DNA of 64,000 nucleotides from Myxococcota bacterium (GCA_025054695.1 JANWZI010000009.1:2945-66944), one strand, 5' to 3'; positions 30,674 to 42,551 are shown, numbered from the stretch's first letter. Notes: generated from the letters alone by a model not told the origin. A program made the numbers and translations.

Positions 30674-31848
30674 TCCTCGTAGCGGAAGCGCCGGACGACG
30701 TGCAGGCGTCGCGTCGCCGGATCCCACGTCGCGATCGACGGGTGGCGCACGCCGTTGAACGTGGTCGTCTTGACCATCGTGTAGTGTGCCATGTCCTCGA
30801 AGACGATGCGGTCGCCGGGACGCAGCGGCGCATCGAAGGCGTAGTCGCCGATGACGTCGCCCGCGAGGCAGGTCGGGCCGCCGAGCCGGTAGGTGTGCGG
30901 GCGCTCGCCCGGATCGCCCGCGCCGCGCACAAGGGGCCGGTACGGCATCTCGAGGACGTCCGGCATGTGACAGGTGGCGCTCACGTCGAGGATGGCGTTG
31001 TGGACCGCGCCGTTGCGGACGACGTCGAGGACCTGGGCGACGAGCACGCCGGTGCCGATGGCGACCGCCTCGCCCGGCTCGAGGAACAGCGCGAGGTGGG
31101 GGTGGCGCCGACGCAGGTCCAGCAGAAGCGCGACGAGCGCGTCGGCGTCGTAGCTCGCGTGCGTGATGTGGTGGCCGCCGCCGAGGTTCAGCCAACGTAC
31201 CCGCGGCAGCAGGTCGCCGAAGCGCGCCTCGAACGCGGCGAGCATGCGCGCGAGCGCGTCCGGTCCGTGCTCGCACAGCGCGTGCACGTGCAGTCCCTCC
31301 AGGCCCTCCATGCGCGCGGGGTCGATTTCGGCACGCGTCGCACCCAGACGCGAGCCCGGCGCGCACGGATCGTAGAGCGCGACTTCGACCTCGCGGTGCT
31401 CCGGATTGACCCGCAGGCCGCACGAGACGCGTCGCCCACGCTGCAGCGCACGTTCGACCTGCGGCCGGAACCTTTCCCACTGCGACAGGGAGTTGAAGAT
31501 CACGTGATCGGCCAGCTCGAGAACCTCGTCGAGGTCGGCGGGCGCGTACGCCGGCGCGTACACGTGGACCTGGCCGCCGAACGCCTCGCGCCCCAGTCGC
31601 GCTTCCCAGGGACCGCTGGCGGCCGTGCCGGCCAGATGGCGGCGCACCAGCGGCGCCACCGACCACATCGCGAAGCCCTTGAGCGCGAGCAGGATCGTGC
31701 AGCCGGCGCGCCGCTGTACGTCGTCGAGCACGCGCAGATTCCGCTCGAGTCGTCCTAGATCGACGACGAACGCCGGCGTCTCGACCTCACGCGGGTCGAG
31801 GTCCCGGCACGCCTCGCCGGGGAACGCGACCACGGCCGTGGGACTCAC
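30652..31848 (-). CDS. nspC: Carboxy(nor)spermidine decarboxylase
   Basis: TPAFVVD, LLALKGFAMW, GLRVNP, YDPCAPGSRLG, NLGGGHHIT, HMPDVLEMPY, HYTMVKTTTFNG. Confidence 0.95.
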   Translation of the reverse strand: MSPTAVVAFPGEACRDLDPREVETPAFVVDLGRLERNLRVLDDVQRRAGCTILLALKGFAMWSVAPLVRRHLAGTAASGPWEARLGREAFGGQVHVYAPAYAPADLDEVLELADHVIFNSLSQWERFRPQVERALQRGRRVSCGLRVNPEHREVEVALYDPCAPGSRLGATRAEIDPARMEGLEGLHVHALCEHGPDALARMLAAFEARFGDLLPRVRWLNLGGGHHITHASYDADALVALLLDLRRRHPHLALFLEPGEAVAIGTGVLVAQVLDVVRNGAVHNAILDVSATCHMPDVLEMPYRPLVRGAGDPGERPHTYRLGGPTCLAGDVIGDYAFDAPLRPGDRIVFEDMAHYTMVKTTTFNGVRHPSIATWDPATRRLHVVRRFRYEDYRDRLS

Positions 31849-31855
31849 GGGCGGC

Positions 31856-33034
31856 TCAGCGCTCCTGGACGTGCCAGGGCAGGCCCATCGAGGCGATGCG
31901 CGCGAGGAACGGATCGGGGTCGAGCTGCTCGACGTTCCAGACGCCCGGCCGCTTCCATAGGCCCTCGAGGACCATCATGGCGCCGGCGACCGCCGGCACG
32001 CCCGTCGTGTACGAGACGGCCTGCGCGCCCACCTCGCGGTAACACGCGGCGTGATCGCACACGTTGTACAGGAAATAGCGCTTGGTCCGTCCGTTCTTCT
32101 CGCCCTCGACGAGCACGCCGATCGAGGTTTTGCCCGTGTAGTTCTCGGCCAGGCTCGACGGATCGGGCAGCAGCGCCTTGAGAAACTGTAGCGGCACGAT
32201 GTCGACGCCCTGGAAGCGCACCGGATCGACCCGCAGCATGCCGACGTTGCCCAGCACGCGCAGGTGCTCGAGGTAGCTGTCGCTGAAGGTCATCCAGAAG
32301 CGGGCGCGCTCGATCTCCGGGAAGTGCTTGACGAGCGACTCCAGCTCCTCGTGGAACATCAGATAGCTCTTGCGCGGGCCGACCTCGGGGTAGTCGAAGT
32401 CCTCGCTGATGGACAGCGGCTCGGTCTCCACCCACCGGCCGTGCTCCCAGTACCGGCCCTTCGCGGTCACCTCGCGCAGGTTGATCTCGGGGTTGAAGTT
32501 CGTCGCGAACGCCTTGCCGTGGCTGCCGGCGTTGCAGTCGTAGATGTCGAGCGTGCGGATGCGGTCGAGCAGGTGCTTGCGCGCATACGCGGTGAACGCG
32601 TTGGTCACCCCCGGATCGAAGCCGCAGCCGAGGATCGCCGTCAGGCCCGCCGTGCGGTAGCGCTCGTCGTAGGCCCACTGCCAGCGGTACTCGAATCGGG
32701 GCACATCGGGCGGCTCGTAGTTGGCCGTGTCGAGGTAGTCGCACCGCTCCTGCAGGCAACCGTCCATGATCGCGAGGTCCTGGTAAGGCAGCGCGACGTG
32801 GATGACGATGTCGGGTTTGAGCTCTCGAACGAGTGCGGCGACCTGGTCCGGCTGGTCGGCATCGACGCGTCGCGCGAGCGCGCGCCGCGGCAGGCTCGCG
32901 ACGAGACGCTCGACCCGTTCCAGCGTTCGCGACGCGATGGCGATCTCCGAGAACGCCTCGGTGGCCTGGGCGCACTTGTGCGCGACCACGCGACCGACGC
33001 CCCCCGCCCCGATGATGAGCACGCGCTTGCCCAT
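31856..33034 (-). CDS. Carboxy(nor)spermidine dehydrogenase (saccharopine dehydrogenase family)
   Basis: IIGAGGVG, VALPYQDL, YLDTANYEP, GCGFDPG, FATNFNPEINLRE; adjacent to nspC. Confidence 0.93.
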   Translation of the reverse strand: MGKRVLIIGAGGVGRVVAHKCAQATEAFSEIAIASRTLERVERLVASLPRRALARRVDADQPDQVAALVRELKPDIVIHVALPYQDLAIMDGCLQERCDYLDTANYEPPDVPRFEYRWQWAYDERYRTAGLTAILGCGFDPGVTNAFTAYARKHLLDRIRTLDIYDCNAGSHGKAFATNFNPEINLREVTAKGRYWEHGRWVETEPLSISEDFDYPEVGPRKSYLMFHEELESLVKHFPEIERARFWMTFSDSYLEHLRVLGNVGMLRVDPVRFQGVDIVPLQFLKALLPDPSSLAENYTGKTSIGVLVEGEKNGRTKRYFLYNVCDHAACYREVGAQAVSYTTGVPAVAGAMMVLEGLWKRPGVWNVEQLDPDPFLARIASMGLPWHVQER

Positions 33035-33076
33035 GGTGAACCTCCCGAACGGTTCCGCGAGCTCCGTCCGCTCCCT

Positions 33077-33634
33077 TCAGACTTCGAGGATGTCCTTCTC
33101 TTTCTTCTGGAGGATTTCGTCCACCTTCGCGGTCCCGGCCGCGACCGTCTCTTCGATCTTCTTGCGCGCCCGATCCGCCTCGTCGGCGCTCACCTCGCCG
33201 TCCTTGTCGAGCGCATCGACCATGTCCTTGGCGTCGTGCCGCGCCTTGCGGATCGCGACCTTGCATTCCTCGCCGGCCTTGCGCGCGAGCTTGACGAGCT
33301 CGCGGCGGCGCTCCTCCGACAGCGGCGGCATCGGCACCCGGATGAGATCCCCGTCGACCTGGGGGTTGAGGCCGAGCCCCGACTCCCGAATCGCCTTCTC
33401 GACCGCCCGCACCTGCGACTTGTCCCAGGGTTTGACGGTGAGCAGGCGGGGCTCGGGCACCGAGACCGTGGCCATCTTCGCGACCGGCGTCGGTGTCCCG
33501 TAGTAGTCGATCCGGATCGAGTCGAGCAGGTCGGGGTGCGCACGCCCGGTGCGCAGTCGGGACAGCTCACGGCGCAACGCCTCGTGCGCCTTCTCGATGG
33601 CCGTCTTCAGCTCCTTCATCACGTCTTCGAGCAT
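33077..33634 (-). CDS. frr: Ribosome recycling factor
   Basis: LRTGRA, DYYG, GLNPQVDG, PPLSEERR, KEKDILEV. Confidence 0.96.
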   Translation of the reverse strand: MLEDVMKELKTAIEKAHEALRRELSRLRTGRAHPDLLDSIRIDYYGTPTPVAKMATVSVPEPRLLTVKPWDKSQVRAVEKAIRESGLGLNPQVDGDLIRVPMPPLSEERRRELVKLARKAGEECKVAIRKARHDAKDMVDALDKDGEVSADEADRARKKIEETVAAGTAKVDEILQKKEKDILEV

Positions 33635-33642
33635 GGCCCCCT

Positions 33643-34365
33643 TCACTCCTCTCCGTGTTCGCCGACGAGCGTCCCGACGTCCTCGCCGAGCACCACGCGC
33701 CGGATGTTGCCTCGCTTGGCGAGCCGGAAGACGCGGATGGGCATCCGGTGATCGCGACAGAGCGCCACCGCCGTCGCGTCCATCACGCCGATGCGATCGG
33801 CCAAGAACCGGTCGTAGCTCAGCCTCCGGTACATGCGCGCGTCGGGGTGTCGTTCCGGGTCGCGGTCGAAGACACCGTCGACCTTCGTCGCCTTGCACAG
33901 CAGTTCCGCGTGGATCTCCATCGCGCGCAGAGCCGCCGCGGTGTCCGTCGAGAAGTACGGATTGCCCGTGCCGGCGACGAAAATCACGACGCGTCCCTTC
34001 TCGAGGTGCCGGACGGCGCGCCGCCGGATGTACGGTTCGGCCACCTGGCGGATCTCGAGCGCCGAGACCAGGCGCGTGTTCGTGCCGAGTTTCTCGAGCG
34101 CGTCCTGCAGCGCGATGCCGTTGATGACCGTCGCGAGCATGCCCATGTAGTCGGCGCTCGCGCGCTCCATGCCGGCGGCGCTGCCCCGCAGGCCCCGGAA
34201 GATGTTCCCGCCGCCGATGACGATGGCGAGCTGAACGCCCAGCGACGCCGCTTCCGCGAGCTCCGCGCTGATGGTGCCGAGCGTCTCCGGATGCACGCCG
34301 TAGCCCCCGGGCTCGCCGCACAGCGCCTCCCCCGAGAGCTTGAGCAGGATGCGCCGGTGTCGCAT
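33643..34365 (-). CDS. pyrH: UMP kinase
   Basis: [42 protein letters not shown]. Confidence 0.97.
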   Translation of the reverse strand: MRHRRILLKLSGEALCGEPGGYGVHPETLGTISAELAEAASLGVQLAIVIGGGNIFRGLRGSAAGMERASADYMGMLATVINGIALQDALEKLGTNTRLVSALEIRQVAEPYIRRRAVRHLEKGRVVIFVAGTGNPYFSTDTAAALRAMEIHAELLCKATKVDGVFDRDPERHPDARMYRRLSYDRFLADRIGVMDATAVALCRDHRMPIRVFRLAKRGNIRRVVLGEDVGTLVGEHGEE

Positions 34366-34399
34366 GCCCGCACCCGCCGCGCCCGCCCGCGCGCGCGGC

Positions 34400-35077
34400 T
34401 CAGCCGGCGCCCGCGAGCGTGGCCGCCACGTCGGCGGCCAGATCCTGCGCCTTGCGCTCGAGCCCCTCGCCGAGCTGGTACCGCACGAATCGCCGCACCG
34501 CGATTTTCTCGCCGAGGCGCGCCGTCAGCTCGTCGGCGAGCTGGCCGATGGTCTTGCTCTCGTCCGTGATCGAAGGCTGTTCGACGAGGCACACCTCGGT
34601 GAGCCACTTGCCGAGCTTGCCCTCGACGATCTTGTCGACGGCCGCCTCCGGTCGCTTCTTGCCGCTCTTCTCGTCCTCGAGCGCGACCTGCTCGCGGAAC
34701 ATCGCCCGACGCGCCGCGAGGACCTCCGCGGGCACGTCCTCGCGTCGTACGTACTCGGGGCTCATCGACGCGATCTGCAAGCCGACGAGATCGACGAACG
34801 CGCGGAACGCCTCGTTGCGCGCGACGAAGTCGGTCTGGCAGTTGACTTCGACCAGCACGCCGACGCGACTGCCGGAGTGGATATAGGCGTGGATGACGCC
34901 CTCGGTCGCGATGGCACCGGCCTTCTTGACGGCCTTCGCCAGGCCCTTCTTCTGGATAATCTCGACCGCCCGCTCCTCGTCGCCGCCCGCCTCCACGAGG
35001 GCGTTGCGGCAATCCATCATCCCGGCGCCCGTCCGATCGCGGAGCGCCTTGACCATTGCTGCGGTGATCTCGGCCAT
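34400..35077 (-). CDS. tsf: Elongation factor Ts (short form)
   Basis: [36 protein letters not shown]. Confidence 0.97.
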   Translation of the reverse strand: MAEITAAMVKALRDRTGAGMMDCRNALVEAGGDEERAVEIIQKKGLAKAVKKAGAIATEGVIHAYIHSGSRVGVLVEVNCQTDFVARNEAFRAFVDLVGLQIASMSPEYVRREDVPAEVLAARRAMFREQVALEDEKSGKKRPEAAVDKIVEGKLGKWLTEVCLVEQPSITDESKTIGQLADELTARLGEKIAVRRFVRYQLGEGLERKAQDLAADVAATLAGAG

Positions 35078-35117
35078 GGTGTCCTGCCTCGTTCGTACAC
35101 GCGCCCCGTTCGACCGC

Positions 35118-36026
<909 letters not shown>

Positions 36027-36104
36027 CGACGTCAAGGTGGTTCTCCTCGGCTTCGGCGGACGGCCCGCGGGATGGGGCGGCCCCGTTTCGCGCACGGCGG
36101 GCGA

Positions 36105-36133
36105 GGTGCCCGCGGCCGTCGCCGCGGAGCACC
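36105..36133 (-). promoter_or_regulatory. GC-rich hairpin in the rpsB leader (possible S2 autoregulatory structure)
   Basis: GGTGC-T-CCGCGGC-[GACG]-GCCGCGG-GCACC on the minus strand. Confidence 0.35.
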
Positions 36134-36172
36134 GAGGCACGGGCGGCGAGCGCCGGCCTCGACGGGGCGGCG

Positions 36173-36182
36173 CCTATACCAC
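36173..36182 (-). promoter_or_regulatory. Candidate extended -10 promoter of the rpsB-tsf operon
   Basis: GTGGTATAGG followed by a GC-rich discriminator; resembles the TGTGGTATAAA rpsB promoter of gammaproteobacteria. Confidence 0.4.
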
Positions 36183-36223
36183 GGCGCGGCGCGGCACGCC
36201 AGCGGAGCCGCTTCACTCCGCGG

Positions 36224-36296
36224 TGGGTCATGAAGGAGTCGAACCTTCAACCAACGGATTAAGAGTCCGCTGCTCTACCAGTTGAGCTAATGACCC
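36224..36296 (-). tRNA. tRNA-Lys(CTT)
   Basis: GGGTCATTAGCTCAACTGGTAGAGCAGCGGACT-CTT-AATCCGTTGGTTGAAGGTTCGACTCCTTCATGACCCA; full cloverleaf. Confidence 0.96.
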
Positions 36297-36316
36297 GAAC
36301 ACGCGCCCGACGACGG

Positions 36317-36390
36317 CGCGCCCGGCAGGAGTCGAACCTGCAACATCCGGATCCGAAGTCCGACGCTCTATCCAGTTGAGCTACGGGCGC
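36317..36390 (-). tRNA. tRNA-Arg(TCG)
   Basis: GCGCCCGTAGCTCAACTGGATAGAGCGTCGGACT-TCG-GATCCGGATGTTGCAGGTTCGACTCCTGCCGGGCGCG. Confidence 0.95.
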
Positions 36391-36434
36391 GACCCGAGCC
36401 ACGATTCGCCCTGGCTGTCAATCGACCTCTTCGG

Positions 36435-36508
36435 GGTGAGTGACGGGGCTCGAACCCGCGACGCTCGGAGCCACAATCCGATGCTCTACCAGCTGAGCTA
36501 CACCCACC
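36435..36508 (-). tRNA. tRNA-His(GTG)
   Basis: G(-1)GTGGGTGTAGCTCAGCTGGTAGAGCATCGGATT-GTG-GCTCCGAGCGTCGCGGGTTCGAGCCCCGTCACTCACC; encoded G-1 and C73. Confidence 0.96.
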
Positions 36509-36546
36509 GTCGAACCGATCGAGCCTTCCGCGCGACCGGTTGATCG

Positions 36547-36574
36547 AGAATAGCCGCGCGTCGCCTCTTGGCAA
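36547..36574 (-). promoter_or_regulatory. Candidate sigma70 promoter of the tRNA cluster
   Basis: TTGCCA-N16-TATTCT about 40 nt upstream of tRNA-His. Confidence 0.6.
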
Positions 36575-36649
36575 GAGCCGCGGCCGCGGACTAGCGCGGG
36601 ACGGAAACTTTGCGCCGTCGCTCGCGCGGCTCCACGATTTCCATGGAGC

Positions 36650-39244
36650 GTGCGAGGCCCGCTCGCGGCAGTTTTCGCGATGGCGGCCTGGAACGGATGG
36701 GCCAAGGCCGCGCTCGCCCAACCGCCGCCTTCCGGATCGATCGGAAGCCCGCGCCCGTCGAACGACGCGATCCTCGACGTCGATTCGCGCGACCACGGTT
36801 CGGCCGCAGGGCCGCTCTGGTGTGCAGTGCCGTCGGTCGCCGCGGCCGAGGCGCTGCCCGCGCGCGGGGTAGACGACCCGCTCGCGACGTCTCCCGCGTC
36901 GCCGCACATGGTGGTGAGCGCGGGCCCCGACGCGGCGAATCGATCTGATATCACTACAGATTTCGGAGATGACGCGCCTCTGGACACGGCTCGGCGGCTC
37001 GTCACGGAGGGGCGGTACCAAGAGGCACTCGCTCTGCTCGACGTCACCGCGCTGCGGGCTCCGTTGCTCGTGGACCGCATCGAGCTGCTGCGCGGGGAGG
37101 CGCTGCTCGCCGCGGGGCGTCCGGACGCCGCCGCAACGGCCTTCGCGCGCGCGATGACCAGCCCCGAGCCCGCGGTCGCGGCGCGGGCCAGAGCGGAACG
37201 GGTCCGGGCGCTGCTCCGCATGGGGCACCGCGAGGGACCGACCGAGCTGGCCCGCCTGCTGCGCGTGTTCCCCGCCCTGCCCCAGGCGCGCTCGCTCCGA
37301 CTCGAGCTCGCCGCGGCGCACGAGCGCGCGGGAAGGCGCACGACGGCCGCAGCCATGTACCGCGCAATCGACCTCGAGGCGCCGGGGAGCGTCGAGGCGG
37401 AGCGAGCGAGGGCGGAGCTCGAGCGGCTGCGGACGGCCGGCGTGCGCGTTGCGGCCTGGACCGATGTCGAGCGCGTCGAGCGTGCCGAGCGGCTGCTCGC
37501 GACGGGCCCCATGTCCATGGCGCGCGAGGAGATCGAGCGGCTGCTCGCGGCCCGGCTCGGACCGGCCGAGCGCACGCGGGCGGCCGAGCTCGGTGCGCGC
37601 CTGGCGCGCATCGAGGGACGCTGGGAACAGGCGCGCCAGCTCACGTTGCTCGCGCGCCGCGGAAGGCTCGTTGCGCCCACGCCGCAGGATGCGGAGCGCG
37701 AGGCCGAGACGCTCGAGCTCGCCGAGGCTCGCGAACGGCAGGCCGCGCTCGAGCGCATCCGCGCCATCGCGGGGCGGACGCCGGTGCGGCGACTGACGAC
37801 GACCCAGCTGGCGCGCGTGATCGCGATCGCGGCGGCGGCGGGGCTGTCAACGCACGTCGACGAGGCGCTCGAGGGGCTCCGTGCACAGCGCAAGCCCAAC
37901 GCACAACTCGTCTTCGAGGCAGCCATTGCCGCAAGCGGCACGGGCAGCGATGCGCACCTCGAGGCGTTGTTCGGCTCGCTCGTGGAACATCCTCGTCTCG
38001 GCGTGGCGGCGCGCTACCACCGCGCGCGCGCGCTCGAGCGCCTGGGGCGGCTCGCGGAGGCCGAGATCGAGCACCTGCGCGTGCAGACGCTCGATCGTTC
38101 GGAGACTCGCTGGTACGCGGCGCTGTCCGCCCAGCGCGTGCGCTGGGTGCACGAGGCGATGCTGTGCGCCTGCGACCCCGAGGAGGCCGAGCGGCTCGCG
38201 GCGCACGAGGCGGATGGGGCCTCGACATCGGCGCCCGACGGCGTTCCGCCGCTGCTGGCGTCGCGCGACGCGGCGGCCGCGGTGGTGCCGCGCCGCACCC
38301 CACCCTGGCGGGCGGGCACGATGCCGCCCGAGCGCATCGGGTCGCCGTCTACCGCGCGTCCGGACCTGCTCGCGCTGGCCGACCGGCTGGCGAGCGTGGC
38401 GGCACTCCACGGCACGGCGTACCCGTGGATCGCGCGGGCCGAGGCATTGCTTCGGCTCGGCGAGGCACGGGCCGCGAGCGACGAGCTGCACGAGGTCCTG
38501 GTCGCATGGCGTGCCGCGATCGGGCGCCCGCTGCGCGCCACGGGGCTTCTCGCAGTCTGGGAGGGAACGCGGCGGCCAGGCCCGGTCGGAGACTGGAAGT
38601 TGCGGGCCGCGCGCAAGGCGCTCGACCTCGAGGCGCGTCGCACGCTCGCCGAAGTCGCCGCCGCGCTCGGCGACGAGGGCACGGCCATCGGACTGGAAGG
38701 GCCGGGGCGTCTGGCCGCTCGGCCCCGTCCGTTCGAGCGCGCGGTGCACGAGGCCGCAAGGCGTCACGGGCTCGATCCGGACCTGCTGTACGCGGTGATG
38801 CGCGTCGAGAGCGTCTTCCAGCACCGCGTCGTCAGTTACGCGGGCGCGGTGGGGCTGATGCAGATCATGCCGCGTACGGGGGCGCTCGTCGCGCACAACA
38901 TGGGCGAGCGCGGCCTCGGCGCCGACGGGATGCTGGATCCCGAACGGAACATTGCGATGGGCGCCTGGTACCTCGCCTCGTTGATGCGACGCTTCGACGG
39001 GCAACTGCCCCTTGCGCTCGCTGCCTACAACGGCGGGCCGCACAACGTGCGACGCTGGCTGCGCGCGCGCCCCGAGACCATGCCGCTCGACGCGTTTCTC
39101 GAGACGATTCCGTTCGCGCAGACGCACCGGTACGTCCGGCGCGTGCTCGCCCACTACAGGGCGTACCGCGAGCGGCGCGGACTGCCTCCGCCCGTCCTGT
39201 CGATGACGTTGCCGTCGCTCGACGTCGATCGCGTCGCATTCTGA
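36650..39244 (+). CDS. Slt70-like lytic transglycosylase with N-terminal helical repeats; start uncertain
   Basis: YAVMRVES, SYAGAVGLMQIMP, ALAAYNGG, ETIPFAQTHRYV. Confidence 0.9.
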   Translation: MRGPLAAVFAMAAWNGWAKAALAQPPPSGSIGSPRPSNDAILDVDSRDHGSAAGPLWCAVPSVAAAEALPARGVDDPLATSPASPHMVVSAGPDAANRSDITTDFGDDAPLDTARRLVTEGRYQEALALLDVTALRAPLLVDRIELLRGEALLAAGRPDAAATAFARAMTSPEPAVAARARAERVRALLRMGHREGPTELARLLRVFPALPQARSLRLELAAAHERAGRRTTAAAMYRAIDLEAPGSVEAERARAELERLRTAGVRVAAWTDVERVERAERLLATGPMSMAREEIERLLAARLGPAERTRAAELGARLARIEGRWEQARQLTLLARRGRLVAPTPQDAEREAETLELAEARERQAALERIRAIAGRTPVRRLTTTQLARVIAIAAAAGLSTHVDEALEGLRAQRKPNAQLVFEAAIAASGTGSDAHLEALFGSLVEHPRLGVAARYHRARALERLGRLAEAEIEHLRVQTLDRSETRWYAALSAQRVRWVHEAMLCACDPEEAERLAAHEADGASTSAPDGVPPLLASRDAAAAVVPRRTPPWRAGTMPPERIGSPSTARPDLLALADRLASVAALHGTAYPWIARAEALLRLGEARAASDELHEVLVAWRAAIGRPLRATGLLAVWEGTRRPGPVGDWKLRAARKALDLEARRTLAEVAAALGDEGTAIGLEGPGRLAARPRPFERAVHEAARRHGLDPDLLYAVMRVESVFQHRVVSYAGAVGLMQIMPRTGALVAHNMGERGLGADGMLDPERNIAMGAWYLASLMRRFDGQLPLALAAYNGGPHNVRRWLRARPETMPLDAFLETIPFAQTHRYVRRVLAHYRAYRERRGLPPPVLSMTLPSLDVDRVAF

Positions 39245-39245
39245 T

Positions 39246-39416
39246 CGGGTCGTGGTCGGGCCCGGATGCGGTCCTGGTCTCGGACTCGGGCTCGGTCGCT
39301 GACTCGGTCTCGGACTCGGTCTCGGACCCGGATCCCGCTCGGGACTCGGTCTCGGTTTCGAGCTCTGTCTCGGTCTCGGGCTCGGATCCGGCTCGGGTCT
39401 CGGTCTCGAGCTCGAG
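39246..39416 (-). repeat. Degenerate hexamer array R6 (about 28 units)
   Basis: ctcgga/ctcggt/ctcggg run filling most of the gap between the convergent slt and eno genes. Confidence 0.9.
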
Positions 39417-39443
39417 CGCGGGGCCGCACGATCGAGCGGCCGC

Positions 39444-40754
<1,311 letters not shown>

Positions 40755-40783
40755 CTACCGGCGCGCGTCACGGCTGTCAACGC

Positions 40784-40850
40784 GGGCTCGGGCTCGGACT
40801 CGGACTCGGGCTCGGGCTCGGGCTCCGACTCGGGCTCAGCCACGGGCTCG
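40784..40850 (-). repeat. Degenerate hexamer array R7 (about 11 units)
   Basis: ggctcg/gactcg run between the eno start and the ATPase leader. Confidence 0.88.
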
Positions 40851-40936
40851 GGGCCCTGCGCGGCGCGATCCATTTCCCGAATCGCAAAGAAAAAAGAAGA
40901 ACGGCAGCCGGAAAACGTTGCGAACCGCCGCACGTG

Positions 40937-41022
40937 AGAGAAGCGTTCAGCCGATGCATGAAGTAGCATTTAGCCGACACTGCAATTAGCATGTAGACGT
41001 AACCCGAAGTAGCATTTGGCCG
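40937..41022 (+). repeat. Four degenerate 17-mers with 23-bp period (consensus GAAGTAGCATTTAGCCG)
   Basis: Copies start at 40937, 40960, 40983 and 41006, matching 12, 17, 13 and 16 of 17 positions of the 40960 copy. Confidence 0.75.
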
Positions 41023-41028
41023 CTATTC

Positions 41029-42282
41029 ATGGAGCCGGCCGGAACGTCGGGGATGTTCGTGAGAGCGCTGGCCGCGCGCCTGCGGGCTGCGCTCGACGAC
41101 AGTCCGGCCGTCCTCATCCACGGACCGCGCCAGAGCGGAAAGACGACGCTCGCGCGCATGGTGGGCGAGCCGCGCGGGTATCGATACGTGTCCTTCGACG
41201 ACGAGGCCGTGGTGCGCGCAGCGCGCTGGGATCCGGTGGGGTTCGTCGAGGCGCTGCCGTCGCGGGTGATCCTCGACGAGGTGCAGCGCGTACCGGAGTT
41301 GTTCGCGGCGCTCAAGCTCGCCATCGACGCGCGGCGGGTGCCTGGCCGGTTCATCCTCACCGGGTCGGCGCACGTGTTGTTCGTGCCGCGGCTCGCCGAC
41401 TCGCTCGCAGGCCGCGTGGCGATGCTCGAGCTGCATCCACTCGCCCAGTGCGAGATCGAGGGACGTCGGCCACGCTTTCTCGAACGGCTCTTCGCGGGTG
41501 CGTTCCGCAGCGGGGTCGCGGAGCGGCTGGGGGCGAATCTCGCCGAACGGATCGTCGCGGGCGGCTACCCCGCGGCGCTCGCGCGCGCATCCGGGGCGCG
41601 GCGCCGCGCCTGGTATCGGGACTACGTCGAGTCGCAGATCCAGCGCGACGTGCGGGATCTGGCACGGATTCGCTCCTTCGAAGCGTTGCCGAAGCTCGTC
41701 GCCCTCGCCGCCTCGCAAACGGCCCGCCTCCTCAACGTCGCCGAGCTCGCATCCGCCTTCGAGCTGACGCGGCAGACCATCCACGACTACGTGACGTTGC
41801 TCGAGCGCGTCTTTTTGCTGTGGCGGCTGCCGGCATGGCATTCGACACGTGCGGGACGACTCGTCAAAAGGCCCAAGTTGCACGTAGGCGACACCGGGAT
41901 CGCGTGCGCGCTGCTCGGTATGGACGCCCGAGCCCTCGTCGCGGACCGCGCGTTGTTCGGGCCGTTGCTCGAGACGTTCGTGTTGCAGGAGTTGCGACGT
42001 CAGGCGAGCTGGACCGACGATGCGTTCGCATTCCACTACTTCCGGGACCGCGACGACTTCGAGGTGGACATCGTGCTCGAACGCGGCCCTGCGGCACTCG
42101 CCGGCGTGGAGGTCAAGGCCGCCGCGTCGGTCAACGAGTCGGACCTACGCGGTCTTCGGAAGCTCCAGGCGATGGCTGCAAAGCGTTTCGTCGCGGGCGT
42201 GGTCCTGTACGACGGGCCCGCAACCATCCGGTTCACCGAGCGGCTCTTCGCGGTCCCCGTTCGCGCTCTCTGGGAGGCCTGA
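41029..42282 (+). CDS. AAA_14-type ATPase with C-terminal DUF4143 (PD-(D/E)xK-like) domain
   Basis: GPRQSGKTT, ILDEVQ, FILTGS, SLAGR, GGYP, KRPKLHVGDTG, EVDIVLE..GVEVK; start may be the ATG at 41053. Confidence 0.9.
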   Translation: MEPAGTSGMFVRALAARLRAALDDSPAVLIHGPRQSGKTTLARMVGEPRGYRYVSFDDEAVVRAARWDPVGFVEALPSRVILDEVQRVPELFAALKLAIDARRVPGRFILTGSAHVLFVPRLADSLAGRVAMLELHPLAQCEIEGRRPRFLERLFAGAFRSGVAERLGANLAERIVAGGYPAALARASGARRRAWYRDYVESQIQRDVRDLARIRSFEALPKLVALAASQTARLLNVAELASAFELTRQTIHDYVTLLERVFLLWRLPAWHSTRAGRLVKRPKLHVGDTGIACALLGMDARALVADRALFGPLLETFVLQELRRQASWTDDAFAFHYFRDRDDFEVDIVLERGPAALAGVEVKAAASVNESDLRGLRKLQAMAAKRFVAGVVLYDGPATIRFTERLFAVPVRALWEA

Positions 42283-42330
42283 GCGCCTCGCCTGCTCGCG
42301 CGGAGCAAGGCGATGGCAGGAGTGAAGCCT

Positions 42331-42456
42331 GACTCCGGCTCGGATTCGGACCCGGGCGCCGACTCGGGCTCGGTCTCAGGCTCGGTCTCGGGCTCGGTCT
42401 CGGTCTCGGGCTCGGGCTCGGGCTCGGTTCTGGGCTGGCTCTCGGACTCCGACTCG
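42331..42456 (-). repeat. Degenerate hexamer array R8 (about 21 units)
   Basis: gactcg/ggctcg/gtctcg run downstream of the ATPase. Confidence 0.9.
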
Positions 42457-42551
42457 GGCACAGGCGTCGAACGGCGCCGCGGCACCTCCGACCGGACGGG
42501 CCCGCGCTGGATCAGCAGCGGTGACGGGCGCGCGGCGCCTCGCCGTGTGCC

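Noticed and set aside
34400-35077. Short EF-Ts as a truncated pseudogene
   Set aside because: Short EF-Ts forms are a known natural class and both terminal motifs are intact
36224-36508. tRNA cluster as an integration site
   Set aside because: Flanked by rpsB and slt; no integrase or duplicated tRNA 3' end noticed
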